From an uncultured Chloroflexia bacterium (lineage in GTDB: Bacteria > Chloroflexota > Anaerolineae > JAAYZQ01), in NCBI GenBank assembly GCA_963700285.1, contig CAVOXA010000014.1, forward strand, positions 192,001 to 256,000: a stretch of 64,000 nt of DNA. The letters run 5' to 3'. A program made the translations under genes and the position numbers. The notes under the pieces were generated by a model. The model had not been told where the DNA came from. It did no database searches and worked only from the letters and a program-made list of their open reading frames with translations. Position 1 is the first letter of the stretch. Each line of letters starts with the position of its first letter. Shown one piece after another: positions 9,632 to 26,179 of the stretch.

Positions 9632-10399
9632 TCAGGTATAGTACTCTGGCGAGAGCTTGAGCGTCTTCCAGTAGTCGGGATCGTGGCCAAACAGGAGCTG
9701 CCCTCCTTCGGCCCGGGCCGTGGCCGCCAGGCGCTTGGCGGATGCTCGCGCATTGATGGCGTTCCAGGCCGCAGTCCAATTGTCCTGCACGAGATTCTCC
9801 TCCAAGCTGATGGCGTCCCCGGCGATGACCATCGTGCCGGAATTTGGCAGCCTGATGACCGGGCACTGCAAGCCCTTGACGTGACCGGGCAGCTTGAGAA
9901 CCTGGACCCCGGGCGCGAGATATAGATCTCCCTCCACCAAGTCATAGGTCAGATCGGACAGGTTCCAATACTCTGGTCGAAAACGCACGGACGAGCCGGT
10001 AGCCTGCTGATAGTGGTCTCGTTGCACAAGGATGAGCGAGTTCGGAAAGAGATAGTTGCAGCCGGCATGATCGAAATGGAGATGGGTGTTGACCACAATG
10101 TCAATGTCGCCAGGCTCCAAGCCCAACTCCGCCAACCGGTTCTCGAGCCGGTCTTCCTCTTTCATCAGGGGCAGGATGAGGTCCCCACGGGGTGTGTCCC
10201 CAAAGGTAGCCCGCGGATTCGCAATGTGGGCGGGGTGCATGCCCGTGTCAAAGAGGATGTTTAGCCCTTCAACCTGAACCAGCGAGGCCCAGATGGGAAC
10301 GATGATGCGCTCGCCGTCCCCACTGCCCGGCGTGAGGGTTCGCCCCTTGTCCAGATCACAAAGACCCAGGGGCAAGATGTAGAACCGCATTGTGCTCAT
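9632..10399 (-). CDS. N-acyl homoserine lactonase family metallo-beta-lactamase-fold hydrolase
   Basis: ILFDTG, THLHFDHAG (HxHxDH), PGH, AGDA and FGHD motifs. Confidence 0.85.
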   Translation of the reverse strand: MSTMRFYILPLGLCDLDKGRTLTPGSGDGERIIVPIWASLVQVEGLNILFDTGMHPAHIANPRATFGDTPRGDLILPLMKEEDRLENRLAELGLEPGDIDIVVNTHLHFDHAGCNYLFPNSLILVQRDHYQQATGSSVRFRPEYWNLSDLTYDLVEGDLYLAPGVQVLKLPGHVKGLQCPVIRLPNSGTMVIAGDAISLEENLVQDNWTAAWNAINARASAKRLAATARAEGGQLLFGHDPDYWKTLKLSPEYYT

Positions 10400-10543
10400 T
10401 TCACATTTCTCCTTCCCTTTTTGGCAAGGCGTCACTGGGTGATGACCTTGGTGTGGGCGATCCCGTTGGGCTGTTCAGGCCGAGGATTCTCTCAACTGCC
10501 AGCGAAGAGCTGACAAAGCTCGACAACACCACCCCGGTCGATC

Positions 10544-12022
10544 CTAGGGCAGGACCTCCGCCGCAAATGGGTCATCCACCCGGGGATACATGTTCAGGCT
10601 GGCCCGCTTATATGGGATTTCCCCGAACCTTGGGGTGATTGCGCCTGGCGAGGCCATGTAGATGATCTCCGACGCGATTGGGGAAAAGGCCGCGTAAAAG
10701 TGCTGCAGGGACTTGACGACGAGCAGACGCTTTTTCGTCGGGTCAATGCCCAGGTTGCTGAACACCTGGGGACTGAACACCTGCTTCCGGAGGCTGTTGA
10801 CGATGATGTCAACGCCATTGGTATGCAGGGCCACCGCATCGCCACAGGGAAGATTGAGGGCTTGGCCCTGTTGCGGCCAGTCCTGCGACATGTTCTCGGC
10901 TATGCCGGTCACGGTTGCCGTCAGGTCAAGGGGATCTCCAGACGTCGGCCCCATCTTGCCACCCAAACGCAAGTCGAGTGTGGCGCCTTTGCCCGCAGCC
11001 ATGGCCACCTGCACAACAACAGGATCCCAGATCATGGCCACCCCCGCATTTTCGATGCCTCGTTCCAGCAGGGCGCGCAGCACAAAGGTCGAGTCGCCGG
11101 GCGCACCGCCTCCGGTGTTGTCAGACTGATCGGCGATGACCACTGGACCCTCACCGACGGACAGCGCCTGGTCGAGCGCTTCATCTAGAGATAGTATAGC
11201 CAAATAGAGCTGATGGCGCAAGCTAAAGAATCTCTGGCCCAGTTCTGCTGCGACCTGTTCTGCCTTGGCGGTATCCCCATCGGTCACCGCCAGCGCCTGT
11301 GCCCCACTGATGGGCACGTCCCCCCACGGGAAACCGTGCGCCAGCGAAACAGAAAGGATTCCCCCTTTGCCTTCCATGATCAGCATGTCATCGACAAAGC
11401 TGCGCATGGGTTCAAACGGGGTTCGAAACAGCCCGACCATCCGGCAGTCATACGAGGCCATGACCGGATTGGTTCTGCCCTCTGCCGCAGCAGCAATGAG
11501 CTGGAACAGGTCCTCGGCCCGATCGGCGACGTCAATGTGCGGATACTCCTTGTAGATGACAATGGCATCAGCGAATTCGATCATCTCCTGGGTCACATTG
11601 CAGTGCAGGTCGAGTACGGTACCGATCTTTGCCTCTGGTCCGACGATTTCGCGGACGCGGGCAATCATGTCTGTTTCGCAGTCATCATAACCTTCAGCCA
11701 CCATGGCTCCGTGCAGGGGTAACAGGACAATGTCAACCGGCATCGCAGCCCGAAGAGCGACGAGTATTTCATCGCGCAAGCCTTCGTAGGTCGAGCGGGT
11801 TGTCGTACCGGCAGGTGAGGCCGAGGCATAGAGACCAAATTCAAAGTCCCAGCCGCGTTCCTTCGCTCTTTGGCGAAACAGATCCGTGGCGACGGCGAAA
11901 CCGCCTATGACCCCATCGTCGGGGACATCGGCAGCACGGACTACCTCAAAATCCGCCAGGGCAGTTGGCATGGGCGAAAAGGTGTTGGTTTCGGTTGAAA
12001 TCCCAGCACAAAACAGTTTCAT
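10544..12022 (-). CDS. M81 family (MlrC-like) metallopeptidase, second paralog
   Basis: TETNTFSP, LPLHGAM, DLHCN, YPHID and DNTGGG motifs. Confidence 0.9.
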   Translation of the reverse strand: MKLFCAGISTETNTFSPMPTALADFEVVRAADVPDDGVIGGFAVATDLFRQRAKERGWDFEFGLYASASPAGTTTRSTYEGLRDEILVALRAAMPVDIVLLPLHGAMVAEGYDDCETDMIARVREIVGPEAKIGTVLDLHCNVTQEMIEFADAIVIYKEYPHIDVADRAEDLFQLIAAAAEGRTNPVMASYDCRMVGLFRTPFEPMRSFVDDMLIMEGKGGILSVSLAHGFPWGDVPISGAQALAVTDGDTAKAEQVAAELGQRFFSLRHQLYLAILSLDEALDQALSVGEGPVVIADQSDNTGGGAPGDSTFVLRALLERGIENAGVAMIWDPVVVQVAMAAGKGATLDLRLGGKMGPTSGDPLDLTATVTGIAENMSQDWPQQGQALNLPCGDAVALHTNGVDIIVNSLRKQVFSPQVFSNLGIDPTKKRLLVVKSLQHFYAAFSPIASEIIYMASPGAITPRFGEIPYKRASLNMYPRVDDPFAAEVLP

Positions 12023-12138
12023 CGGACCTTCCTTTCAGCTATTCGTCTGTTACAAACAGTGGCCAGTGGCGCAGGTTGGCGACGTGCCGCCTGCCATGCG
12101 TCGCCGCACACAACGCGGCCCGCGTGGACCACAGATGC

Positions 12139-14442
12139 TCATGGCGTTCCATCCCACCCGGCGAGCCGGGCCGACAGCCACCACAGGGCCTGGCCCTTGA
12201 GCTTGCAGTTGAAGCCGTGGCTGTGGGCGCACTCGTCGTCATTGCCGGGCAGGTGCTGGCAGTCCTCTGGATGCTGCCTGCACCATGGGCCGCACCACGC
12301 ACAACTGTCGTCGGGGTACTGGAAGTAATGGCCCGCCGGATCGTAACTCTCAATGTCGGCAAAATCAAAGAGCACCTTGCCCTGCTGGCGGACGTGTTCC
12401 CGCACGCGCTCGTTGTTGCGGACCAGGGTATCGTTGTCGCCGTCGGTGTGCCCCGTCATGTAGACAAAGCGCACGTGCGGATACTCTTCTTCGAGCTGCG
12501 TCATCATGTCCAGGTACCGCTGCACGGGGGTGCCCTCGTCGGACATCTCACCGCACCAGGACCACATGAAGGCGGTGGCCTGGGGAGCGTTGTCGAGCAT
12601 GTCCCGCGCCCTGTCAAGGAACTGGCCGGGGTCCCACGACCAGTCATCATCGTATCCCATGCGCAGGCGCGGCGGATCGCCTTGGGCCGGCGGCTGCCAC
12701 CACTCCTTGGCAAAGCTGTAGGTAGGCCGGTCCACGTGGTCGCTCAGATACTCGGCGCCGGTCCACAACTGGGTGCCATGCGATGTGGAGCCATAGATCC
12801 ACACGACCTTCTCCTTGGCCTGCTCGATCCAGCGGGCCGGAATTTGTTCCAGGTCCGTGCTGCTGTGATCGGCGATGATGGCGCCGCCGCTTGGCCCGGG
12901 AACGATTGCCGCGGGTGCGGGCGATGGCGTGGGCGCCGCTCGGGGCGGGTTTGGGGCGGTCGCGGCCGCGGGCGGCGCTGTGATGCTCGCCCCCGAGGGG
13001 GAGGCAACGGCGGGCGGCCGGGCATCGCCCCCGGTCCAGACGGCGGGCACATCGAGGAGGTACATCTCTACCTCCTCGCTACCGGAGCGCCCCCAGTTGG
13101 AAGTGAACAGTACCCGCGAAAAGCCGCGGTTCACGGTCGCCTGGGGCTCGGCCCAGTAGTCGTGCTCCTGATCCTGGTCCACCAGGGAATGGGTGTGTGC
13201 CAGGCGCACGACACGCCCGCCGGCCTTTAGCTCGACGGCAAAGACCTGGTCGTCCATCCAAGTATGGGCGACCGGATAGCCCCCGCTGTGGGTCGAGACC
13301 AGCGCCCAGCCGGGCCGGTCGTAGGCCAATCCAGAGAAGTGGAAACCGAGGGGCGTAAACGAAAAGTCGATGGGTAGCAAGGGGGTTATGGTCCCGCTCT
13401 CCAGGTCGAGCATGGCGATCTCGTCGGTGTCGTTGTTCTGGAAGACAACCACCTCGCGCCCCTGGGCATCCAGCGCGGTGTCATAGTGGCCGATCGTGCG
13501 CAACAGGCTCCGGCCGGCGGTCAAGTCGCGGTCGTAGACCATCAGGCCGCAGGGGCGGGCGTCGCCCGCGGGTCCAATACCAACACCGGTCGAATCGTCT
13601 CCCGGTTCGCAGTAGCGGTCAAAGGAAGCGAGAAAGTAGGTACCGAGGGGGCTGATGGTCACGTGGTCGACGTCATCCTCGATGCCGGGCACGCCACGCA
13701 TGTCACGCACGGTCACCTCGCCGCTGACACGATCGTAGACAACAAAGGCAGAGGGAAGCCAGTCTTCATCCTCGGCCATCAAGCCCCAGGTTCGACTATC
13801 CATCGAAGGCCGTCCCTCGTAGCGGGTCCACACGGCTGACAGGTTCTGCCCCGGAAAGTCGGAGGCAAAATCATGCACAAGGTTATCCTGGCCGGTCGCG
13901 ATATCGTAGGCCATCAAGCGCGTCTCGTCGGTGAAGTAGATCAGGTCCGGATCCTGCGCGTCCCAGCGGGGCTCTGATTCCACCGGCAGGCGGCCCAGCG
14001 GCTGCAGCGAGGAGGCGTCATAGAGAAAGGACTCGCCCTCGGTGCCGCGGACCAGGATACGACTGCCATCGGCATTGAAGGACTGCACGCGGGAATACTC
14101 GTTCTTCAGGCCACGCGACTCGTCGCCGGATGTGAGATCCGCCTGGCGGTCGGTAACGCGCACCAGGCAGGAGCCAAAGACCGGGTCGCGCAGGGGAGAG
14201 CGGGCCGCCGGTTCGGCCAAAGTCGGGGGCTGGCGCACCTCGAGATCGGTGATGGGGGATGGCTGTGGATCGGCGCATAGCAAAGAGGGGAGCGTGCCCG
14301 CCGGATCTGCGGTTGCCAATGTCCTCGGTGGGGTCTGATCCGGCTCTTCAAGATCGACGGGGGGCGGTTCCTGGGGCGAAGCGCAGCCGGCGAGCAGCAG
14401 AAAGAGGAGACATAGGGCGATCCACAGGGTTAGCAGCCTCAT
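12139..14442 (-). CDS. Large lipoprotein: probable beta-propeller, Pro/Ala linker and SGNH-like C-terminal domain
   Basis: Start [10 protein letters not shown] with lipobox LLAGC and GGAGG RBS; [12 protein letters not shown] and VLFTSNWG propeller-like motifs; C-terminal [20 protein letters not shown] and CAHS. Confidence 0.7.
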   Translation of the reverse strand: MRLLTLWIALCLLFLLLAGCASPQEPPPVDLEEPDQTPPRTLATADPAGTLPSLLCADPQPSPITDLEVRQPPTLAEPAARSPLRDPVFGSCLVRVTDRQADLTSGDESRGLKNEYSRVQSFNADGSRILVRGTEGESFLYDASSLQPLGRLPVESEPRWDAQDPDLIYFTDETRLMAYDIATGQDNLVHDFASDFPGQNLSAVWTRYEGRPSMDSRTWGLMAEDEDWLPSAFVVYDRVSGEVTVRDMRGVPGIEDDVDHVTISPLGTYFLASFDRYCEPGDDSTGVGIGPAGDARPCGLMVYDRDLTAGRSLLRTIGHYDTALDAQGREVVVFQNNDTDEIAMLDLESGTITPLLPIDFSFTPLGFHFSGLAYDRPGWALVSTHSGGYPVAHTWMDDQVFAVELKAGGRVVRLAHTHSLVDQDQEHDYWAEPQATVNRGFSRVLFTSNWGRSGSEEVEMYLLDVPAVWTGGDARPPAVASPSGASITAPPAAATAPNPPRAAPTPSPAPAAIVPGPSGGAIIADHSSTDLEQIPARWIEQAKEKVVWIYGSTSHGTQLWTGAEYLSDHVDRPTYSFAKEWWQPPAQGDPPRLRMGYDDDWSWDPGQFLDRARDMLDNAPQATAFMWSWCGEMSDEGTPVQRYLDMMTQLEEEYPHVRFVYMTGHTDGDNDTLVRNNERVREHVRQQGKVLFDFADIESYDPAGHYFQYPDDSCAWCGPWCRQHPEDCQHLPGNDDECAHSHGFNCKLKGQALWWLSARLAGWDGTP

Positions 14443-14709
14443 GATCCACCTCCTCCTTTGGCTAGCAACCAGCCCGGTGCCTGGAACCGGCTCTGGACCC
14501 CGCCTGGAGCGGGATGGGGCGCCGGACACCGTGGCTTCTATGATACCACAGGCGGCGGGAAACGGCAATTGTAATCCATGGGCGCTGGCGTGTAGATTTC
14601 GTTGGGAGTTCGAGTTGGGACGGACCCCATGTGAGCTAGAGACGAAAGGTAACTGCCCGCGTGGTTCTGGCGGCCAACCACTCTGCGGCGGTGACGGTGG
14701 CTGGTGGCG

Positions 14710-14740
14710 TGGATTCCCGCCAAAAGCATGCGGGAATGAC
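14710..14740. repeat. REP-like palindrome (ATTCCCGC-N-GCGGGAAT family)
   Basis: TGGATTCCCGCCAAAAGCATGCGGGAATGAC; related copy at 36550-36575. Confidence 0.65.
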
Positions 14741-15017
14741 GGGTGGCGGAGGGTGTCATGCCCGCTGGATCGGCACCAGGGCTGAGCTGGGCGTGACAGC
14801 GTGAAAGGGGGCAGGTGATGGCGCTGAAATTGATGGGCAAGGGGGGGGTTCCTCCTGCGTGGTGGTTTCAGGGTAGGTCACGATGCTGCGGCAGTCTCGC
14901 GGGGTCTATTATGGCACTGCTAGGAAAAGTTGTCAAGTCTTATGTGAAAATCCAGGGAGGATAAGGATCAGGTAAGCGTCCAACCGAGGGGTACCAGAGG
15001 TGGGCGACGGGGGAGAT

Positions 15018-15046
15018 TTGTGTTCTGGCGCGAATCAGGCTATAAT
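15018..15046 (+). promoter_or_regulatory. Putative promoter of the defence operon
   Basis: TTGTGT-17 bp-TATAAT, about 140 bp upstream of the SNF2 start. Confidence 0.5.
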
Positions 15047-15186
15047 GGGAACCAGCCAGTCCGGGGAGTCCTGTTTCGCGGACAGCCGCCTTCCAGACCC
15101 ACCATCTCTCGTATCGCTTCGGCGAGGAAGACGCAGATCCCCCTTTCAGGCACCTCGAGCAGCGTTGCACCCAGGAGTGGTTGCGC

Positions 15187-18163
15187 ATGGCAGATCGGCG
15201 TATCACCCAAAGCGATAGCCCCTCATTCGCACCTGGTACCGTGGTCAAGAACCGGGGACGGTTGTGGCGGGTGGATGCCCAGGACGGGGACGTCCTCATC
15301 GCCACGGCCATCGACGCCGGCGAGCCCGAGCAGCTCAAGTTCTACATCCCCTTCGAGGAGATCCAGCCTGGGCAGCTGGAGCCCCCGTCACCCGACATCG
15401 TGGGCCACATCGCTGCCCAAGACCTTCTCCTGCGCGCCTACCGCCTCAGCCTGCTGCACGGCACCGCCCCTCTGCTCAGCCTGCAGCGCAGCCGCGTCAT
15501 CCCCAAGGACTACCAACTGGTGCCGGTGGTCATGGCCCTGGAGATGCCCCGCGTGCGCATGCTCCTGGCCGACGACGTGGGGTTGGGCAAGACCATCGAG
15601 GCCGGGCTGATCATCACCGAGCTGCTGGCCCGCCAGATGGCCTCCCGGCTGCTGGTCATCGTCCCGGCCAACCTGCGCGAGCAGTGGCGGGAGGCGCTGG
15701 ACTACTTTTTCCACATCCCGGCGCGCATCATCTCCAGCCGCCACCGCCGCGAGATGGAGCGGGAACTGCCTGCTGGCGCCAACCCCTGGGAGCACTATCC
15801 GCTTCCTGATCACCTCGGTGGACTATGCCAAGCAGCCGGCCATCAAGAACCAGATCCTGGAGCAGCAGTGGGACGTCGTGCTCTTTGACGAGGCCCACCA
15901 GGTGGCCAAGCCCCACCAGAGCGGGCCGGACCAGCGGGTGCGCATGGACCGCTGGGAGCTGGCCGAGGCGCTGGCGCGCTAGCGACCGGGTGCGGCATCT
16001 GCTGCTTCTGACCGCCACGCCCCACAACGGCTACACCGACTCCTTTGCCAGCCTGCTGCGCATGCTGGACGTGGGCGCGACGGCCGGCCCGCTCCACGCG
16101 CCCCGCATCCTCCGGCCGGTGGCCGAGCGCCACGTCTGCCAGCGACGGCGGGAGGACGTGGAGACCTGGTTCCAGAGGACGCGACACGCGGACGTGCCGT
16201 CGCAGCCCCTTCCCCGAACGCGACCAGGATGAGGTCATCGTGCCGCCCACCTCCTACGAGATGGACGCCATCCGTGCCGTCGAAGCCTATGGCAGCCGGG
16301 TGCTGCAGCAGGCATCCGCCGGCAGCGCCCAGACACGCACTCTGGCCCATTGGACGGTGATGCACCTGCACAAGCGGGCGCTGAGCTCGCCAGAGGCGCT
16401 GCGCTGCTCGCTGCGCAACCGGCGAGAACGCCTGAGACAACGCCTGGCCGAGATGGACTACGGACTCCGCTCGCCGGATCCGAGGCAGATGCAGACCCGC
16501 CCCACTGATGCCGCCATCGCGCCCGAGGTGGCGCGCGCCAACGTGCTGGACGAGGACACCGGCGAGCGGCTGACCGACGAGGAAGCCGGCCAGCGGACCG
16601 AGCGGGTCGTCTATGGCTCGCCGCAGCAGATCCAGGCCGAGCTCGCGCTCCTGGAAGCGGTGCTGGACAAGGCCAGGCAAGGTCACCGCCGCGCCGCGAC
16701 AGCAAGCTGCAAAAGCTGTTGGACACCGTGCTCCGCCAGCGACTGGCCACCTATCCCAAGGTGGTCATCTTTACCCGCTACGTGGACACGATGAACTACC
16801 TGGCGGAGCAGATCCAGCGCGACAAGCGCTACGCCGACGCCACCGTGCTGACCATCCACGGCGGGCTGAACGAGCGACAGCGGCGGGAGGTCTTTCTGCT
16901 CGTTCGAGCGGGCCAAGATGGGCATCCTCGTCGCCACCGACGCCATCTCCGAGGGCATCAACCTGCAGCACGCCGCCGCCCAGGTGATCCACTACGAGCT
17001 GCCCTGGAACCCCAACCGGCTGGAGCAGCGCAATGGCCGGGTGGACCGCTTTGGCCAGCGCAAGCCCGTGGTCTATATCCGGACCATGGTCATGGACGAG
17101 ACGCTGGATGCGACTATCCTGAAGGTGCTGGTGGACAAAGGCAGCGCAGATCCGTCGCGACTATGGCTTTTCCCCACCCTATTTTGGCGACGAGACCAGC
17201 ATCCTGGACCTGCTGGAGCAGCACGAGGTCACGCTGGGCCCCAGTGCAGTTGAGCTTGTTCGAGGAGTTGGGGCCGGGCAGGACCGAGCGCAGGCAAGAG
17301 CCCGTCAGAGGATCCCTTTGCCGAGGAGACGCTGGAGCGGATCAAGGGCGACAGCTTTTACGGGCAGACGCACATCAGCCTGCCCGAGATCGAGCGCCGG
17401 CTGGAAGAGACGGCGGCCACGGTCGGCTCGCCGGAGGAGATCCGGCGCTTTGTGTTCAGCGGACTGAACCGCTTCGGCTGCCGTGTCAGCGAGAATGCGT
17501 GACGGCTCCTGGCGGATCATCCTGACCGAACCTGCCCTGCAGACCGCCTCGGTAGGCGAGCGTCGATCGAACGGGCGACCTTTGACCCCGAGTGGGCGCT
17601 GGACGACCCCGACGTGACGCTGCTGGACGTGGGCCACCCGCTGGTGCGGCGGCTGATCGAGGAGGTGAAGCAGCAGCGCCTTCCGGGATCAGGCGCACTA
17701 TGGACGCACGGCCTACATGGTCACGCCCGATGTGGACGAGGTGACGGCCCTGTTCCACCTGCTGGTCCGCTACGTGGTGAACACGGAGCCCACATCGATC
17801 GTGGAGGAGCTGCTGCCGGTGGCTGTGCCGGTCTACGGCGGGGAGCCGCTAGGCCGTGCAGCGACCCAGCGATTGCTTCGGGCCACGCCCTCTGCCGAAA
17901 CACGCACAGAAGCTGAAGTGAAAGAGACCCTGTCGGATGCACTGGGGATTGAGGCATTGGAGCGATTGTTTGGCGATGCGGTGGAAACGCGTCGGGAGGA
18001 GATTGCGGCCGAACGACACGCCATGGTGCGGCCCTTCGCCCAGGCTCAGGACAGGCAGACGGAGGGGCGGGAACATGTACCGTCAGCCGGGTGGCTGCGC
18101 GGGATCGACGAGCTGTCGCCCGGAAGTTCCGATCTTCTGACCATCACGATCCTATTTCCCTGA
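15187..18163 (+). CDS. SNF2/RapA-like helicase (DrmD-like), multiply frameshifted
   Basis: Collinear motifs across frames: LLADDVGLGKTIEAG, DEAH, LLLLTATPHNG, ATDAISEGINLQ, ELPWNPNRLEQRNGRVDRFGQ, LDVGHPLVRRL. Confidence 0.88.
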
Positions 18164-18241
18164 CCGGCTATGCGACCCGGTCCAAATGGTGTAAAATATC
18201 GCATAATACGCACTTTACACTATTTGGTGAGGAGCGTAACG

Positions 18242-18693
18242 ATGCAGTCGATGCAGCGCGTTCGCAAGACCGACCTGGCCCGCAATACGCGCCAGGTGAT
18301 CAACGACGTCCTTCGCGGCCAAACGGCGGTGATCGAAAGTCACGGCGAACCGGAAGTAGCCATCATGGACATCATAGACTATCGCATCACCCGGGCGGTG
18401 ATGCGCTATTACAGCCAGCAGCCCGACATCGACACAGAGGCTGGCCTCTCCGAGGAGAGGGCAGCCAATGTCCCGGACCTGCAAGATCGTTTCAACCTGG
18501 TGCTGGCCCACTATCTGGCCGGCGCTGTCAGTCTGGGACGTGTGGCCGAGTTGTTGGGGCTTCCCTGGCTAGACCTGCGCACCCGCTTTCTGCGATTGGA
18601 TGTACCGCTGCGTGGGGCGCCATGTCGATCTCTGCTGGGGCCAGGGCTGATATCGAGGTAGGCGAGGCATGGATGAGGCCGGAACAGGGCTAG
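18242..18693 (+). CDS. Phd/YefM-like plus UPF0175-like antitoxin or regulator
   Basis: N-terminal TDLARNTRQVINDV..VIESHGEPEVAIM; C-terminal YLAGAVSLGRVAELLG; GAGGAG RBS; end uncertain (frameshift near 18620). Confidence 0.65.
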
Positions 18694-18719
18694 AGCGCCC
18701 CGGAGTGCGCGGAAGAACC

Positions 18720-23000
<4,281 letters not shown>

Positions 23001-23036
23001 TGGGCTGGCTGTACAAAGCTGAAACAGGAGGTCACT

Positions 23037-23285
23037 ATGGGAAGGATTACCCTGGAGATACCCGAGTCCCAGGTCATTGAGTGGGTACGACAGATCTCGC
23101 CCTCGGCCAAGCAGGAAGTGTTGAAGGCGCTCATCCCACGGCTGGAAGCCTTTGAGGCTCTGGTAGACCATGGGAACCAGCACATGCGCGCCCTCTGCGC
23201 CGAGCGCGGCCTGGACTGGGACAGCCTGACCGAGGACGAGCGCGAGCGCTTGATTGACGAGCTTTTGCACGACGACAGGGCGTAG
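23037..23285 (+). CDS. Small putative antitoxin
   Basis: 82 aa, AGGAGG RBS, own TATAAT at about 22996, directly upstream of a PIN gene. Confidence 0.65.
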   Translation: MGRITLEIPESQVIEWVRQISPSAKQEVLKALIPRLEAFEALVDHGNQHMRALCAERGLDWDSLTEDERERLIDELLHDDRA

Positions 23286-23287
23286 CC

Positions 23288-23684
23288 ATGCCAGAGCGGG
23301 TCGTCTTTGATACCAATATCTGGATCTCCGGCCTTGTGTGGCGCGGCAAGCCCTATCAATGTCTGCTGTTGGCGCGTGGCAGGGTGGTACAGCACGTGTA
23401 CTGCAAGGAGTATGGTAGCCGAGCTTCCGAAAGCTGCGCGAGACCTTTGGCTTTTCGGAGAACCACATCCGTGGCATTGTCTATGACCTGCGGCGCGTCT
23501 CAGAGATGGTAGAATCAGCGGCGGTCTTTGTGTGATTGCTGACGATCCGGACGACGACAAGTTTCTGGAATGTGTCAGCGGCGCGACGGCGATCGTCTCT
23601 GGCGATCATCACCTCCTGGACCTTGGCGAGTATGAGGGCGTCCCCATTCTCTCCTCGGCCGATTTCGTCGCGCGCTTCACCTGA
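23288..23684 (+). CDS. PIN-domain putative toxin (frameshifted)
   Basis: RVVFDTNIWISG N-terminus; ADDPDDDKFLECV and IVSGDHHLLDL in downstream frames. Confidence 0.8.
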
Positions 23685-23699
23685 GGAACAGGAGGCTGT

Positions 23700-26150
23700 C
23701 GGCCGGTACGAGGGCGCGACATAATCCAGCCTTCGACGAGATTGGCTTTGATGGCGCGGGAGCGGGCAGGCGCGATGGCACCTGTGCCTGTGGCGCGTGA
23801 AGATAAAGCCGTGTGGCGGGAAGGGCCGTTGATAATGCCAGGAGACACCGCGGCCCTGGTCGGTGCACGCAAGCAGCAGCTACAATTCATTCAGCTCCAG
23901 AGTAACACTCAAGCCTGGCTCCGTTCCACACACAGGCACTGAGCAGCAACACAGCACACAATCACTAACCACTGAAAAGCTGGGAGACCGTGATTCCTAA
24001 CCCTGGCTGTGCCTGGGCAACACACACATTCCGGTATGTCTCGGCAGCACTTGATCGAAGCCATGCATTGTAAGGCAGTCCGCCGCGGTATGTTCTTCAC
24101 TGGATCTGATTGGAGGGCTCCAACTCTCGCGTTTGAGGGTGAGTTGACAGAAACTCTGTGAGCGCACGCGCTCCGCGCCACCCGAGGAGGCTCGCCGGGC
24201 ATGGAGCAGCCACACAACGGTGCAAGGCAGAGACAAGCAGCGCCTCCAAGAAGCTCTCGTCTGCCGCCCCGCCTGGTGCACCACTGATGGCTGACACCGA
24301 GGACCTCCCAGGGAGCTGGCGCTGACAACAGGAGCAACCTGGCAAGGCGGCACCAATGGGTCTGAGAGCCACCAGTAATGAACAGTGACTCGGCAGCAAC
24401 TGGACACACTCCTGGCCAGCCAGGCAACATGGTCCAGCCAAGGAACTGAAACGATATGAACAAAGATGCTTCTCAGCTTTCCTCTAACAAGCAGCAGCAC
24501 GCTGTTGGTGCACCAATTGGGCTGTCACGTCAACACTGGTAAAGCTTACAGGTTCGGGCGTTGATGACATGGCTGGCCGGCGCTGGTGAACCTGATGGAG
24601 AGCAAGAGCAGGTACCAAGATGCTTCAGCAACTACAACGCCCTCACAACTAGGTAGCTCTAGCTTCTTGCGGTGCCGACCTGATTAACCTGCCCATCACG
24701 TAGACAACAACAACATGATGAGCAGCCGGCCAAGCAGCAGCTCACAATCAACTCGCAGCAGCAAGAGCTCAGCAAAGCGCTCCGCTCTATGGCGGCGCTG
24801 AAACAAAGGAGGATGAGCAGTTGAAGCTGCTGAGCCACAATGACGCCTGAGGGACGGCTTCTCAAGGTTGGGTGAGGCGGCATGAGCAAGTACAATGGAC
24901 CCGTGTATTCACCAACACATCTTCCAACAAGCTGAGGCGGTGGCGTGTGTCTCACGTACCCACTGCCTCCAGCCGGAGCTGTTACCTGAACAACTGAGCA
25001 GCTTCCTGAACGTCATTGCTCATTGGGCAGCCTGATGACGCCCGTCTGACCGTATGGTGTTGGCATGTGTCGAGGAAGCTGTCCGTATCCATTCTGACCT
25101 CTAGCAACCGCAACGCTCACAACCAGTTCACAAAGTTCACAAGCAACTCGACGAAGCTGGAGCGTCACTCCGACTTGCACACAACAGCTCACGAAGATGC
25201 TGGCCAGCGGCATGAGCGCCAAGCAACCGGTCTCGTGGCCACGCCGACGACATCTACGCCACGCCTTTGCCGCAGGACGCCGGTGCACGCCAACACAAAC
25301 TCTACGCCACAACGGCGGACTCCGCTCTCCCCACTGACAAGGCCGCGGTGGACCTATTCGACAACCTGACAATCTTCGCCGTTCTCCTGCCACAAGACTC
25401 TGCGCAACTTCCTCCACGCCGACATCCACTGAAAGGCCTGTCGTCGAGGTTGATAAACACCACGCCAACAGGGACTAAACTTCCACTGGTGGCGGTGCGC
25501 CAGTGTCCCTGGGGAAGGCTAGAAACGCCAGCAGCAACCAAGGACATTGCCGCCACGTCGATCGGACAACCAGCTACTGTACCCATCGCGCTACACCCGC
25601 CATGCCGACGCCTATGCTTACACAACAATTCTCCCTGACCTGATTGGGGGATGTTGGAGAGGCAATAGCTTGACTGAGAAAGAGGAGCGAGATTGATGAT
25701 GGTCTAGCAACAATGGAGCCCTCAAGCATCCGACACCTCGAGCTAGCTGACTGGCTCTATCATTATGCTCATCGAGCTACGACAAGTCGATGGACACATA
25801 TGGCTTCAGCACATAGACCACACTACAGCAGGTATTCGCTCAATGACTAAGAATGTTGTGAGAGAGTAAGTTTTAATCCGATTGACTCTTCGTGGACTAA
25901 GGCATTATAAAGGTACCTGGGCTTGCAGCTGGCTCTGGGAAGAGGCAGCCTATTGGACTTCCATAAAGTAACAGGCCGAGTTTGAAGCTGCCACTGCCTG
26001 TTCCAGGGTCACTGGAACAGCATAGCTAAACAAAACAATGATCACAAAGATCCGGGCTCCGCCTGCATATCCATCCTGACTCAGCACTCCTCACCACGCA
26101 TCCGCATCCGTCACACACACAGACAAAGCCTAAGGACAAGGTGGCCCCAC
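23700..26150. other. Unreadable, probably low-quality sequence inside the defence island
   Basis: Abrupt shift to A/C-rich sequence with no credible ORFs, between frameshift-dense genes. Confidence 0.6.
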
Positions 26151-26179
26151 AACCCCGCAACGCCTGAGGACAACAACAA

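Noticed and set aside
7861-12022. Microcystin degradation (mlr) cluster
   Set aside because: No mlrA, mlrB or mlrD; the M81 family is widespread with other substrates.
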